Below, one piece after another: positions 1 to 12,772 of a DNA stretch of 64,000 nt. The notes beneath the pieces were generated by a model. That model saw only the letters and a list, made by a program, of their open reading frames with translations, was not told the DNA's origin and did no database searches. The first letter of the stretch is position 1, and every line of letters starts with the position of its first letter. The stretch is from Macrostomum lignano (Eukaryota). The position numbers and the translations under genes are program-made. The DNA lies in contig NIVC01000403.1 of assembly GCA_002269645.1 (NCBI GenBank), forward strand, positions 124,001 to 188,000, in the 5' to 3' direction.

Positions 1-300
1 AAAATTTGCCGATTATTGATGCGATTTCTTGGCTGGCCAAGAAGCAATCTATGGGTAATTGACTAATTATTATACAAGTGATACAAGCGAAATTTCTAGC
101 GCTGATTCTTGAGCTGGTTATAGAAATCTTATATAGGGGGGGGGGCTATTCTGGGAATCTAAGTGTGATTCTAAGAATTAAGGAGTGATTTAAAAAATCT
201 GAAGGTAATTCTGAGAATCAAGGGCTGATTAAAGGAATTTAGGGGCGATTCTAGAAATCAAGGGGTTATTCTAGGAATTTAGGGGTAATTCTAAGAATCA

Positions 301-1000
301 CCGATTCTTAAAATCTAGGAGTGATTCTACGAGTAAGAATCTAGAAATGATTCTAGGAATCTAGGAGTGATTCTAGGAATCTAGGAGTGATTCTAGGAAT
401 CTAGGAGTGATTCTAGGAATCTAGAAGTGATTCTAGGAATCTAGGAGTGATTCTAGGAACATAGGAGTGATTCTAAGAATATCGGAGTGATTCTAGGAAT
501 CTAGGAGTGATTCTAGGAATCTAGGAGTGATTCTAGGAATCTAGGAGTGATTCTAGGAATCTAGGAGTGATTCTAGGAATATTGGAGTGATTTTAAGAAT
601 ATCGAAGTGATTCTAGGAATCTAGGAGTGATTCTAGGAATCTAGGAGTGATTCTAAGAATCTAGAAGGGATTCTAGGAATCTAGGAGTGATACTAGGAAT
701 CTAGGAGTGATTCTAGGAATATCGGAGTGATTCTAGGAATCTAGGATGGATTCTAAGAATCTAAGAGTGATTATAGGAACCTAGGAGTGATTCTAGGAAT
801 CTAGGAGTGATTCTAGGAATATCGGAGTGATTCTAGGAACCTAGGAGTGATTCTAAGAATCTAGGAGTGATTCTAATAATATCGGAGTGATTCTAAGAAT
901 CTAGAAGGGATTCTAGTAATCTAAGAGTGATTCTAGGAATCTAAGAGTGATTCTAGGAATCTAGGAATGATTCTAGGAATTCAGGGATGATTCTAGAAAT
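301..1000. repeat. 20-bp minisatellite (GATTCTAGGAATCTAGGAGT)n, in the intron downstream of the MAP3K PB1 exon
   Basis: Directly visible tandem copies; degenerate copies extend back to about 130. The unit contains the inverted pair GATTC-tag-GAATC. Confidence 0.95.
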
Positions 1001-1358
1001 CTAAGGTGAGATTCTTTGTTATCCAACGGGTGATTATAGGTGATATGATGAATAATTCTATTGCTGATTCTAAGAGTGATTCTGTGTGATTCCTGGGGTA
1101 ACACTATTACGATTCTAATTTCTAAGCGCAGTTTTCAGGGCGATTTCGGGCGATTATTACGTTCATTCCAGAATCTCCAGCAGTGATTCTGTGCGGGATT
1201 TGAACTTTAAGATTCTGATTAATTATATATTTGATACAGGGAGACAATTGCTTCTGGTTCTATGATTTTTGTGCATCCAATTCTAGGCAATGGCTAAATG
1301 GAGAGATTTAAAAAGAAGCAGCCGATTGCAGCAATGAAAAGCGCGAGCTAAGACCCAC

Positions 1359-1722
1359 CGTCGGTAGTGTCATCAGCGTCTGGCGGCACTCGCAATAGTA
1401 GGCGAAGACTCCTCAAGTTCTGATGATGATCGATAATTCGCACTACTAAGTCCAGATCATCCTGCGACAGCACTGGCACGTCAATCTCACCGTTGGGCAT
1501 GGTGAAATAAATATCTAGCCGCCGCTTATACCTGGCCTGAAGCTCGTTGCGAAGGTCTGTTAATTTCAGCGGTCTAGCAAACGTGTTCAACACGCGACTC
1601 TCCCCGTTGAACTCGCATTTCACCCTCAGACCGGCCTGTTGCTGCTCGTTCAGGCGCAGGTTTCGCTCGAAATCTTGCTCGAGTCCGCGGAGAGCGTCGC
1701 TAACCGCCGAGTCGTCCTCCAT
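1359..1722 (-). CDS. MAP3K2/3: First coding exon of a MEKK2/MEKK3-type MAP kinase kinase kinase (N-terminal PB1 domain); the rest of the gene lies left of the window
   Basis: LRVKCEFNGESRVLNTFARPLKLTDLR...VPVLSQDDLDLVVRIIDHHQNLRSLRLLL matches the MEKK2/3 PB1 pattern (VRVKFEHRGEKRILQFPRPVKLEDL...TTQDDLDKAVELLD...MKSLKILL, recalled). Donor GTGGGT starts at 1358 before the in-frame TAG; acceptor TTCTGCTTTCCTGCAG ends at 1744, 21 nt before the ATG. Confidence 0.85.
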
Positions 1723-2360
1723 TCCGTCCTCTAGAAGCAGCGGCTGCAGGAAAGCAGAATTGTCGGACGCTCGATTTCAGACCCCCATAAGTTGCGGTCG
1801 GGCTTTGTCGGACTCTGTTCTGTGCGGAACTGTTAGTAGCGGGCCAGCAATGCGAACTGTGTCTTCATGATTTCAACAGGGTGTGTTGGGGGCGCGAGCT
1901 AATAGCATTGTAGATTTCATGGGTAATGCATGAATTTTATAACTAAATTAGTAGGTATTGCAATTAAAATCTGTTTAAAATAAATTGTAAAACACAATAA
2001 ACAAAAACCATAGCCCTAGCGAAAATTCTGTGTATACCATGTAGTATTTTAATAGATAAATTATCCAACAACAATTATATAGAATAGTAAATATAATTAT
2101 AAATTTACTAGTAACATTAAATTTAGGTATGATTTTTTCTGAATAACACATTCATTTATTTTTATGACGATTGAGTATTTAATATAAATATTTCCATTTT
2201 TCAAGTTTTTTCAATCTTTCAAGTCAAACATATCCTGATGATTCCTTTATTTATTCATGTACTTTTGGGATCATTTTTATGAATACCATGAACAATTCAC
2301 AATTGGTCAAATATGACAATTTTGGCCATTAGGCAAGCTGTAAAATGTGAGCCTTCTATA

Positions 2361-2636
2361 CATACATGCGCAACCTCCAAAATTCGGTCAGCCATGCGAC
2401 TTAGTTTTAACAAAAATGCGACTTACATGTAAAAAAAACCCGAAAGCAAAATTAACGCAAAGTTGGGTAAACGGCAGGAGTAACGATGACTGTCTTATAA
2501 AGCCAAAATGCCTCGCCAGCTACTTAGTACTACTACTTGGGGGGTTTTTTCAGGTGGGCATTTTTGCAACTTCCTTGGTTGGCCACCAAATCGGTCGGCC
2601 GGATCGGCCGACTCGGCCGACTGTTGCGCATGTATG
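2361..2636. mobile_element. hAT-type MITE (276 bp)
   Basis: Perfect 14-bp TIR CATACATGCGCAAC (2361-2374) / GTTGCGCATGTATG (2623-2636), flanked by a perfect 8-bp TSD CTTCTATA (2353-2360 and 2637-2644). Confidence 0.85.
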
Positions 2637-5439
2637 CTTCTATAATCTCTATTGCACAAGACAATTCTTTAAGTGCACTGCTGAGTTTTTTTCTAATGCC
2701 AAGACAAAAAATCCAATTTGTAGGTCCAGTTTTAGGATACTTTTTAACTTTTTAATATTGTAAAAACTACAAAAACTTTCTAGTTGGTTAAAGGTTAGCA
2801 AAGTAGGCTAGCAAAAGATGATAAAAAACAAGATTCAATATTGCACCCAAGGTCCAATTTTAGAATACAATTTTGGCGAAAACGCGATGAAAATTGGTGA
2901 AGAATTGCAATCTCTAGAGCGTTATGGACAAACATACAAACAAATATTAGAGATTTAGTATATTTAGATTTGGAAAGTCATCTTTGTTGCTAGTTGGCAC
3001 CTGGTTTCAATCTATCTTTGCATTCAACCCTGTAAAACTGAAAATGTTCTCATTATCTCTAGTTATTGAGTTCTAGCTGTTGAAAAATGAGTTGGCCTAG
3101 GCTAGCCACCTGTTTTATATCATGAGTTATTGCTTAATTGTTCTTTAAGTTATTTTCTCTATTTCAGTGTACACACAATGTACTCCAAATTACCTATCTC
3201 TCTGCTAACCCCCTACCTTTTCCACTCATGTTAGAGTTAGGAAATCTAAAAAGCTAAATTCTAGTCTACAACTAGCCTACATATGTTTTTCTTATTGCTA
3301 GTCACAATCAAGAATTATTGGTTTATTTTACATTTCACTCAAACACAAAATACAATAAATATATCTTAGCTACTAGTGAAGCCTACTAAAGTTTAGTTCA
3401 GTGCAACTGCACTGAATTTCAAGTGCAACATTTCATCAACTATTGCATTCTGCACTGGCCTACTATGGTGGCTATTGGCAAAGTGCAGTCATTGGAGTAA
3501 TTCAGTTTAGCAGCAGCTTTTAGCCTCTAGATTGCTGCAGTAGTGGTACATTTAATGGTATTTGGTCCCTTGGATTCATGAGCAACATTCAGCCAGGCTC
3601 TCTGATTGATGTCAAACAGTTGGACATCCTTGGGTTGATGAATATTGTTGTAACTTTTTCATCTTTTTTGAGTCTTTTCTGTGCATCTTTATAACATTCA
3701 TTAACAGTTATATGTTTGCTAAATCTTTATGCTAACACCTGCTTTCAATCCAAATTTGCAGCCTAACCCTTTAAAACTTATCACTTCACTAACAATAAGA
3801 AGATACCTAATTCTAAATTTTTGCATATACCCTCACCCACCCCTAAGCCTTTTAATGATAGCCAAATTAATACTAACCATGATCATATATATGCAATTGC
3901 CAGCCAAGACAGCTAGTATAAATTATGGCAAATCAAGGGTAAGTTACAAAATTGAATACTAGACAAACTTTGATAAAAATAAAAGTATTTAAGGTAAGTT
4001 ACAAAACTGACTTGCATTTTCAGTCAAAACTAAATTGTATAATTGATTTAATTTAGAGGCTGCCTATGTATGATGCACATGCACTGTTTTAATACTATTC
4101 TATGTCATTCCATATAATCATATGCATAACATTAAAAACTTTAAAACAACTTCAAGTTTCTTATTATATAAGCAATACATTCATTTTAAAGACCATTTTC
4201 TATATTGTGTATCATTTCAAGATTCAAATACACTTTTAAATAGTTCATTTTCTGATGATATAATGAAAAATATTTTTTTAAGTTATATAAATAAAAAAGA
4301 TTATTTTTTTTTTCATTTTAAAACTAAATCTAAGACTTTAGAAAATAAAATGTCAAAATGAACCAAAACTTCAAAGAAGAAAAAATCTATTGTATTTAAT
4401 AGAAGAGATCTTTATTAGTTTAATAATTTAGGTATAATTTGAAGATTTCATTTTTTTAAAGTGTTTATTTCTTATAGAATGACCTTATACCATAAAACTA
4501 TATGCATTTATAACAGAATAACTTTGCCACTGTTTGATCCCAAGCAAAAAAAAATAAGGTGTTATGGTTGCTATATATAATAATAATTTAAACTTTTTTG
4601 CTTTTTGATTCAATGATTAAATATTGCTCAAATAATTAACTATGATTACATAAGCCACTTGACCATAATGGTTAAAGATAGAATTCTACTATAGCTATAA
4701 ATGTGATTATAGCATATAAATGGTTTTATATAGAACATTTTTTTGCATATTTAGTTCTCATATCTAATAATATTGGCCACTTAAAAATAAGCTTTATAAG
4801 GGATTGAATTTACTATTACTAATAGTAACTGTAAAGTGATAGAACTAATTGTTACTATCAATTATTCTTATAATATTATTTTTTTAAAAATAGAAAAACT
4901 AATAGATTATATATTATCAAAAGTTATAAGTTTTAAGAACTTTTGAATAAGGGTCTATCCTATGGATATACTGAAATAGATAGACAAGGAATTTTTTAAA
5001 ATATAGCTAGGCAAATAATTGTAGACAATAATTATAAAATTTAGGATATCTAAAATAGAAGCAAGTTATTTCTCTAAAAATTGATTAACCAAAGCTTATT
5101 GTGGGTTCATGGCCCCTATAAAATAAACAAACAAACAATTAATCAGTTAATAAATGAACAAATTAATAAAAAATAATGTTTAAATATTAAAATGTTAAAT
5201 GTTACTCAAAAATACCAATTGAAAAAATTGAACTTAAGACCTTCAACACTCTTTATCATTATTGATATCAAAATCACTATTTGAATTGAATTTTGGCAAA
5301 AAGGTTTTTGGCAAATCAACTTTTGGCAAAAAGGTTTTGACAAAAAATCTAATAGTTATAGAACTTTAGTATAAGAAGACAAACCATTTTTAGTTTAAAT
5401 TTAATCAACTAATGGCTAATGCATTTACTTATAATTTAG

Positions 5440-5720
5440 GGCGCATGACCAAGACCGTCACATACCAAGACTGCCATAGGCTCTATAGCTATTATTGGCT
5501 ATTGCCATTGGTATTGAGGGGGAGCTACCAATCTTTTAGCATTGCTATTCCTCTTATAGGTTCTTTTCTTGCAGCTTTGTCTTGCTAGCTTTCCTATCTA
5601 CTCATCTCCTTTCCTAGCACCATCTAATAACACATTGAGCATTGAGCCAAATTTCTCCTTGCCCTAGCTCCCCCATCTAAGTATGGCGGTCTTAGTGTAT
5701 GGCAGTCTTAGTCCTATATC
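5440..5720. mobile_element. Possible degenerate MITE with subterminal inverted repeats
   Basis: CCAAGACCGTCACATACCAAGACTGCCATA near 5450-5478 is an imperfect inverse of TATGGCGGTCTTAGTGTATGGCAGTCTTAG near 5682-5711. No TSD found. Confidence 0.3.
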
Positions 5721-6633
5721 CAATTTAGGCCTAAGACAACAATTAAAATTTTTATCAATAGATAAAGGATAAAAGAGCTAAAAAACATGTTATTTGGCAT
5801 AATAATTGGTTAAATAAAAAAATAAAAAATAGTGCCTAATAGTAAATTACTAACAATAGGCAAAATGCATCCATTATTAGGGCCCAGCCTAGGCCTTACA
5901 AAAACAAAAATCAAAGCAATTTTTCATGCCTTTATGCTTTTCTACATGTACTTTATTAGTACATTAATTCTATCTTTTTTGTACTTTATAAAAAAATTTA
6001 CATGCATTTTTGGCTCCTAAAAGGGGGTGCTGATTGCTAGTTTTTACTAGGCCTATTTTTGTGATTAGGCCTATTTCATGGAAAATATGATTCTGCATTG
6101 TATAAAATCGATTTAAAGTCTCTGGTCTATATTCCGCCTTCCTAATTTCTGATTCCATGGCATTGGTATTAGAATTTAGAACCACCTAATGACTACCGAC
6201 GCATACTTAAAGTTCTATAACATGCATGCTGTCTTAATGTCTATCAGCAGAACCTGAACCAGTGGCAGTGACAATGTAAAGCATGCGGTGGAAAAATAGA
6301 TAGAAAATTAAAGGCAACTTAAGACCCATCTAGAGAACACATTTTACGTGATTTCGGTAAAATATGCAACTGCTAAAATTTTATTTCCGACCATGACATT
6401 GCATTGTACATTGTACTTCATATTGGGTTAAATACAGCCCGGCTTTAGCTATGTTAATTACATTTTTACAACGCAAAAACATTGCGTATACAAATTTAAA
6501 CACTGATGTTTCATTAATTTTTTCGAAGTAGAAAACCAATACGTATTTTAAATGTGTCAGCACAATAGTTTAAAAATTAAATATACCTGTTCTATAATCT
6601 TGAATTACATAAATTTGTTAAGTTAAAGCTAAC

Positions 6634-6930
6634 TTAATTTAAAAACTGTCTGCTGCTTAAAGCATTTATGTGGTCCAGGCAACTGTTTCTTAAGCCAACC
6701 AATTTATTCTTAGTCCTCGCGCTGAGGGCTTGCGCTAGTGTGCACGTATGTATAAGTACGTTGACCTTTCGTTTTGAGTTAGGTTTAAGCCTTGATAAAT
6801 TTTGCGTTGAACGTATAACGAAACGTATAACGCCCATCGCATCGCTTTCATGCACTTTTAAACGTTTAAAATTAAATGTTCTGATCCGTCTGACTAGTCC
6901 CTCGATCTTGCAGCGGTGGCTTTCAGAAAA
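6634..6930 (-). CDS. Possible terminal exon of the SLC6-like gene
   Basis: The long SLC6-like ORF ends on a consensus donor (CAG|GTAAGG at 7326, phase 2). AG acceptors near 6915-6935 put the 6634..6942 open frame (...SHRCKIEGLVRR...SSRQFLN*) in the matching phase. No homology support. Confidence 0.3.
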   Translation of the reverse strand, partial: FSESHRCKIEGLVRRIRTFNFKRLKVHESDAMGVIRFVIRSTQNLSRLKPNSKRKVNVLIHTCTLAQALSARTKNKLVGLRNSCLDHINALSSRQFLN

Positions 6931-7322
6931 AAACCTTTGCACTTATCATTGGCAGTTAATAAATAGCCCAAGTTCTCATGAGATGCAGTAACGTTACTTC
7001 ACAGTAGAGATCGTATACGAAATTGATGGAATCTATTACAACATCCATGTACATGTGCATGTTATACATATCTTTTCGAACAAATTTGCACCCCAAACCA
7101 AGAATGGATTAGTAAAACAAGACTATTGTATTTTCTTATAAACGAGCATTCATTTAAATGTACATTCAGATGTTGTCATGTACAAAGGCTACATGTACAG
7201 TGTACAATGAGCGCTATGCAATTAAAGCATAAAGCATACACGTACATTATTGTACTTGCAAACGAACTGATTATTAAAGAATTCATAGTCAAAAAGAGTT
7301 AATATTAGTTTCAAATTGCACC

Positions 7323-9296
7323 TTACCTGTTACTTTTGCCAAACATAACGACGAAGTAAAATTCTACACAATGCCTGAAGCAACGAGCCGGCTTGCAGAA
7401 GAACAAGTATAACATGCCTCGGTTTGTTTCTATAAAATTAACTACTCGGTCACTCTGCAGCAGCGCAAAAATCAAAGAGAATGTACCAAATAGTCCATAG
7501 AAGACATCGTTAAGCACCCAGTTAGCTGTAACACCGGAGAAGCTGAACACTCTTTGAGCCGGAGAGCCAAACACGCCGACGTCATATTCAAAGAAGTGCT
7601 TAATATTAGGCGTCTTTTTGTCCTTAGTCGACCTTAGCACTCGCTTGAAGTCTTTAACAAAAATATTTTTGTAGATTTGCGCGCCAAACAGGTGCAGGCC
7701 TGACAGAATTCCCAGGATGACCAAGCTGCGCTTGTACCGAAGCGCGAACTTCATCATGCGCCAATGCAGCGAGTGTCCCATGATGCCCGATCGATGAACG
7801 AAAGAGGCGTAAACAAAGCTAGGCAGAAATAACACAACGTTTAACGAGCAGAATGCATAACCAAAGGGCTCCTTGGGAAAGAGTGCGTCGCGAAGCAGGT
7901 CCGTGTCGGCCACTAGGCAAACCGACACAACGCTTAACGGCAGAGATAAGCGGGTCAACAACTGCCAGGGTCCGGATAATAGTTCGGGATAGCCGATCGA
8001 CTGGAACAGCAGCTCCAGAGTGGCCTTATAGATGGCAATTCGGATACCGATAAAACCGAGAGACAGCAGAACCGCATGCAGAATGGCCGCCCCGTCCAAT
8101 GCCATCCAAGGACCTCTGAATTGAAATTGCTGACGAAAGCTGTACACAATTTCTATATAATCGAATACTATTTGGTACAGCCAGTCTTTTGAGTCTTCGA
8201 AAACGTCGCGAAACACCTCGCGATCGAAAGTGCCAACGAAGCCGGCCATGCGCTGGCGATTTAAGTTGATGATACCAACAGTGCCGTGGCGCAGTACGCA
8301 GATGGCGCTCTTGTAGGCGATGCTGACAACGGCAAGGAATATTAGATTCTTGTTAAACAGAGACGCTAGCTGGCGTTTAGTCTGGTGCGGCTTACGGCAG
8401 CAGTGGAGCACAACCAGATAGCCGCCGGCCATCATCATCTGGTTGGCATAATAAATATTCGGCATAAAAAACGTAAACGTGTATTCGTCCTGGAATTTAT
8501 CCCGTCTAGTAACTAAATTAGTAATTTTCGGCGAGGTCATCGGCTGCCTGAAGCAGTGCAAGTAAAGAACTATTAGCAGCAATAGGCAGGGTATGGTTAT
8601 CAGGTAGGTTGTCAGCTTGATTGCCTCACTCAATGATCGTTGCACCATCACTATCAAGAAGACGGCCAGCAGAAACCAGACAATAATTTGCACGTGCCCG
8701 CCATCGTAGGTGCTGCTGCTTGGCTGATAGATACCGCTGTGAATTATATTGCCATGGTGCTTGTAGAACTCTTCAAGCGGAGTGCTGCAACGAGCTTTCA
8801 TTTTCCGATAGGCCTCTATCGAGCTGTTGAGAGGCACAAGCAACAGGCAGCACAGTTCCGTGTTCCACGGATTGTGACAATTCCATAGCGACACGTGCGG
8901 ATTAAGATTTTGCAAGAAGAACGTCAGCGAGAATGTGATGATTTTGTGCGCGTTAGCCGTGCCGGACGTCAGATTTTGAAACTGATGCAGAATGATGACG
9001 CACAAAATCACCCTGGCAAAGCGATTGTAGTTGTAGGCGCGAACCAGGTTGCCATGGGAGAATGAGGCAGTTAGGATCTCTACTAGGTAGATAGGAAGCG
9101 AGATGAACAGGTAGCAGAAGATATTAGCGCACAGCGTGATCACTGTGCTGCTATTGTTCCTATAGAAGTGCAGCGGCGGCAGGTACAGCATGAGGATGGC
9201 CATCCACATCTCCGAGTGGTTGATCAGATGACGCTTGTGCGGGCTGTGCGAAGCCAAGTTCCAGCTGCCCAGCAGCTTCATAGCATTGTTATCCAT
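7323..9296 (-). CDS. Highly divergent SLC6 (sodium:neurotransmitter symporter family)-like membrane protein encoded in one large exon
   Basis: About 657 codons from the ATG at 9296 (MDNNAMK) with many hydrophobic segments. SLC6-like landmarks: FYRNN, ISLPIYLVEILTASFS (cf. GLPLFFLELALGQF), extracellular loop CHNPWNTELC (cf. CxNxWNTxxC) and TPLEEFY (cf. SPxEEF). May splice at 7326. Confidence 0.7.
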   Translation of the reverse strand: MDNNAMKLLGSWNLASHSPHKRHLINHSEMWMAILMLYLPPLHFYRNNSSTVITLCANIFCYLFISLPIYLVEILTASFSHGNLVRAYNYNRFARVILCVIILHQFQNLTSGTANAHKIITFSLTFFLQNLNPHVSLWNCHNPWNTELCCLLLVPLNSSIEAYRKMKARCSTPLEEFYKHHGNIIHSGIYQPSSSTYDGGHVQIIVWFLLAVFLIVMVQRSLSEAIKLTTYLITIPCLLLLIVLYLHCFRQPMTSPKITNLVTRRDKFQDEYTFTFFMPNIYYANQMMMAGGYLVVLHCCRKPHQTKRQLASLFNKNLIFLAVVSIAYKSAICVLRHGTVGIINLNRQRMAGFVGTFDREVFRDVFEDSKDWLYQIVFDYIEIVYSFRQQFQFRGPWMALDGAAILHAVLLSLGFIGIRIAIYKATLELLFQSIGYPELLSGPWQLLTRLSLPLSVVSVCLVADTDLLRDALFPKEPFGYAFCSLNVVLFLPSFVYASFVHRSGIMGHSLHWRMMKFALRYKRSLVILGILSGLHLFGAQIYKNIFVKDFKRVLRSTKDKKTPNIKHFFEYDVGVFGSPAQRVFSFSGVTANWVLNDVFYGLFGTFSLIFALLQSDRVVNFIETNRGMLYLFFCKPARCFRHCVEFYFVVMFGKSNR

Positions 9297-9699
9297 TGCT
9301 TTCGTTCTATTGAGGATTTTCGTGTTTTGAATCTGTTTGACAAACAACTTCTCTAGCTAAACCGTGCCGTAACAGATGAGAAAGTTGAATCGCTAATGCT
9401 TCAAACAGCGACACCCTGTTTCAGCCATAGACTCAATCATCGCTTCGTGAATCATATTTGGTTTTTTATCTATCCGTGGCAAAAGCTGTTTGCACTTTTA
9501 TAAATTGGCCTACGCACACTATTACATTGCAGAGATAAAATCATTGCACTTTACCTGTGTTGCCAATTAGAAAACACATTGATTTTCTAAAACAACTTCA
9601 AATGCTAAAAAGAATGGAACAACTAACTTCGCGTTCACAAGACGGTATTAGAATTAAAAAAAGTGAATTGAAAACGCTTAGAAATTACTCTGAGCGAAA

Positions 9700-10452
9700 C
9701 TAAGCACTGACCCAAGACTTAAACACTGACCCAAAACTACACACACTGACCTAAAACTTAAACACTGACCTAAAACCTAAACACTGACCTAAAACTTAAA
9801 CACTGACCCAAAACTTAAACACTGACCCAAAACTACACACACTGACCCAAAACTTAAACACTGACCCAAAACTACACACTGTTCCAAAACAACACATTGA
9901 CTCAAAACTACACACTGACTCAAAACTACACACTGACCTAAAACTACACACACTTACCCATTGCTAAACACTGACCCAAAACTACACACACTGACCTAAA
10001 ACTTAAACACTAACCCAAAACTACACACACTGACCTAAAACTACACACTGACCCAAAACTACACACACTGACCTAAAACTTAAACACTGACCCAAAACTA
10101 CACACACTGATCTAAAACTTAAACACTGACCCAAAACTACACACACTGACCTAAAACTTAAACACTAACCCAAAACTACACACACTGACCTAAAACTACA
10201 CACACTGACCCAAAACTTAAACACTGACCCAAAACTTAAACACTGACCCAAAACTACACACACTGACCCAAAACTACACACACTGACCTAAAACTACACA
10301 CACTGACCCAAAACTTAAACACTGACCCAAAACTTAAACACTGACCCAAAACTACACACACTGACCCAAAACTACACACTGTTCCAAAACTACACACTGA
10401 CTCAAAACTACACACACTGACCCATAGCTAACTAAACACTGACCCAAAACTA
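9700..10452. repeat. ~20-bp minisatellite (ACTGACCCAAAACTACACAC / ACTGACCTAAAACTTAAAC)n
   Basis: Directly visible tandem copies of two interleaved variants. Confidence 0.95.
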
Positions 10453-11219
10453 GACGCTGATACGAGCTAAAATAAATAAAGACAGCAAAAAGCAGTAAAA
10501 ACAACATTTTTAAGCAGAACAAATGTCTTCTACAAGCAAAAAGAGCATTTCGTATGCAAACAAATAGGGCCTCCTGTGTATATGTATTTAACCGATGAAA
10601 CCTGGATCCTCAGTAAAACCATACCAAAACTATTCATAATAATCAGGATGGTTCAACTCAATCGGATACAACTCACAAAAAGGCTTGTGCACACCTAGTG
10701 ACTGTAATATATATATATATATCTATGCAATGAAATTATAGATTTGCAATAAGTTAATGCGAGTTAAATTGCATATTTAGATGACGTCAAAATTATATTA
10801 ACTTCTACTAGCCGGACACGCAACATATAAAAAAACAACAAATAATTTGCGTGATAAATTGATTGAAGCGAAATATCTGCGCAATTAAATCGAGACACAT
10901 CGTTGCTAGGATACGAAAATTAGGGTGGGCAGCAAGTTTCACAGTTGGTCGCTTAGCTTAAAGCTGTCACTGAAATGTTTTATTTGCATGTAAGCTACTA
11001 TGAGTAGAAAGTTCAATATTTAAAACAAGACTCTTATAAACCACTAGCTTGACCACTTCTATCGCTTCAATAAAACAATTTTATTATTGCTTAATTCAGT
11101 GTTCCAGCCAAAAAAAACTGAACTAATTTAAATCATGGCAGGAAATTAATAAAAATCAGAATAGCTTTCCTATTCTTCCTTGCTACTAAATTGAAAGTAG
11201 TGAAACTGGAACTGTGGGT

Positions 11220-11465
11220 TTAGATTTAGTAATTAGGGCTGTTTATTAGGGTAGTTTAAGATAGGGTTTCCGTTTGGGTTTAGTAATTAGGGTTTAGAAT
11301 AGAGTTTAGGTTAAGTTTAGGACACGGTTTAGGTCAGGGATCAGGATAATGTTTAGGATAAGGTTTAGAATAGGGTTTAGGATGGGTTTATGATAGGGTT
11401 TAGAATAGAGTTTTAGGATTTAGGAGAGTTTATGATAGGGTTTAGAATAGGGTTTATGATAGGTT
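11220..11465 (+). repeat. Degenerate telomere-like tract (TTAGGG/TTTAGG-related)
   Basis: Runs such as GGTTTAGAATAGGGTTTAGGATGGGTTTATGATAGGGTTTAG. Confidence 0.6.
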
Positions 11466-12529
11466 TGGCAGTCAATTAGTTGGGGTGAAATAGTCGTTAG
11501 TCAGTTGTCGCAGACATTTCAAACTGGCCTAAACAGTTATTATAAAGTATAATTCTTGGCTGCCAGTTCTAAAAGCGATTGACAACAGCAAAAAATGTGA
11601 GGCCTAATCTGACTAATTTATCTAATAAAATGTTTAAGGTAAGTATATTGTATCACTAATTAAAGTTCATCTTTAACTTCCAAGGAAAAAATGCACTTTA
11701 TATTAGTTGTATATATATATATATATATATGCATATGAAGTAATGTTACACACATGCACAAGTGATGAAGCATACAAGGATTATAAAATTAATTATGATG
11801 AGGCGGCTGGGCGGGCCAAACAGCAGGAAAGCACTTGTTCACAAGTTTTACACATTGATTCAATATTTTTTTGTTTTGAAAAAATAAAGTAGAGACAATG
11901 CAAGCTAGAATGACAAGCGAGTCAACATTGGTAATTATGGGGAACAAAATTTGGGGATTGGAGGGCCACCAGAGCTGTAGTCAAGGAAATGACCATTACA
12001 ACAGCTATATTACAAAACATAGTCACAACGTACAATTCACAGTTTTTTATGTTATTATTTGTGCTTTGTTTTCTAAATCGATAAAAATCAATTAAACAAT
12101 GTTCAGGTGAAATTTAATAAATACAAATGTGACTATAGCATTAGAAAACCGACGGGCATTATTCAGAGCAATCATATTATTTGGCACTAGACACAGGTTT
12201 CCCCAAAACTGTGTTGCTTTGATAATAATATTTTTTGCCTGCGTCAGAAAAAAGAACGGTGGAAAAAACTTTTTGCAACTTTTGTTCTCCGAGGAAGCCC
12301 TGGAACTTAAAGTATTAGTTATGGATGCTCTCTAGTTTATAGAAAACCAGTTTAGCAATTTAGAGAACTTCCTAGGACCTCTTAGAAGTTGAAGATTTGA
12401 AAATTACACACTAATATACAAACAGGCACTATACTAGTAACAACTAGATTGGCCACTCAACATATTCGCGTTTAAGCTACTTGTCAGATCAGTAGAAAGT
12501 GCAGCATTTTAATGTTTTTAGAACAAAAC

Positions 12530-12660
12530 CCTTGCAGCGGCTCCGACTTTCTAATCGTCAGGTGTGTACACTCTCTATGCATTGGGGCTTGGCCCTGATG
12601 GCTGTGAGGCCGCGTACGGAATCGAACCAAGGGGCCACTGCATGGAGCGTTACTGCCTAA
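12530..12660 (-). mobile_element. Probable tRNA-derived SINE-like dispersed repeat (copy 1 of 3)
   Basis: B-box-like GGTTCGATTCCG on the minus strand. Shares GACTTTCTAATCGTCAGG with the copy at about 62969-62987. Confidence 0.45.
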
Positions 12661-12772
12661 AAAATAGCTTACTGATGACTTACTGAACCGAAGTAGAGAA
12701 ACAGTATTACTATATCAAGCCAGAATGCCTAGGTGGCTCATCTAGATATTAACAGTATCTGTGAGAGGCCAA

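Noticed and set aside
2770-2970. Possible Helentron/DINE-like 3' end (ACAA run followed by TAGTATATTTAGATT)
   Set aside because: No matching subterminal inverted repeat or 5' end could be defined.
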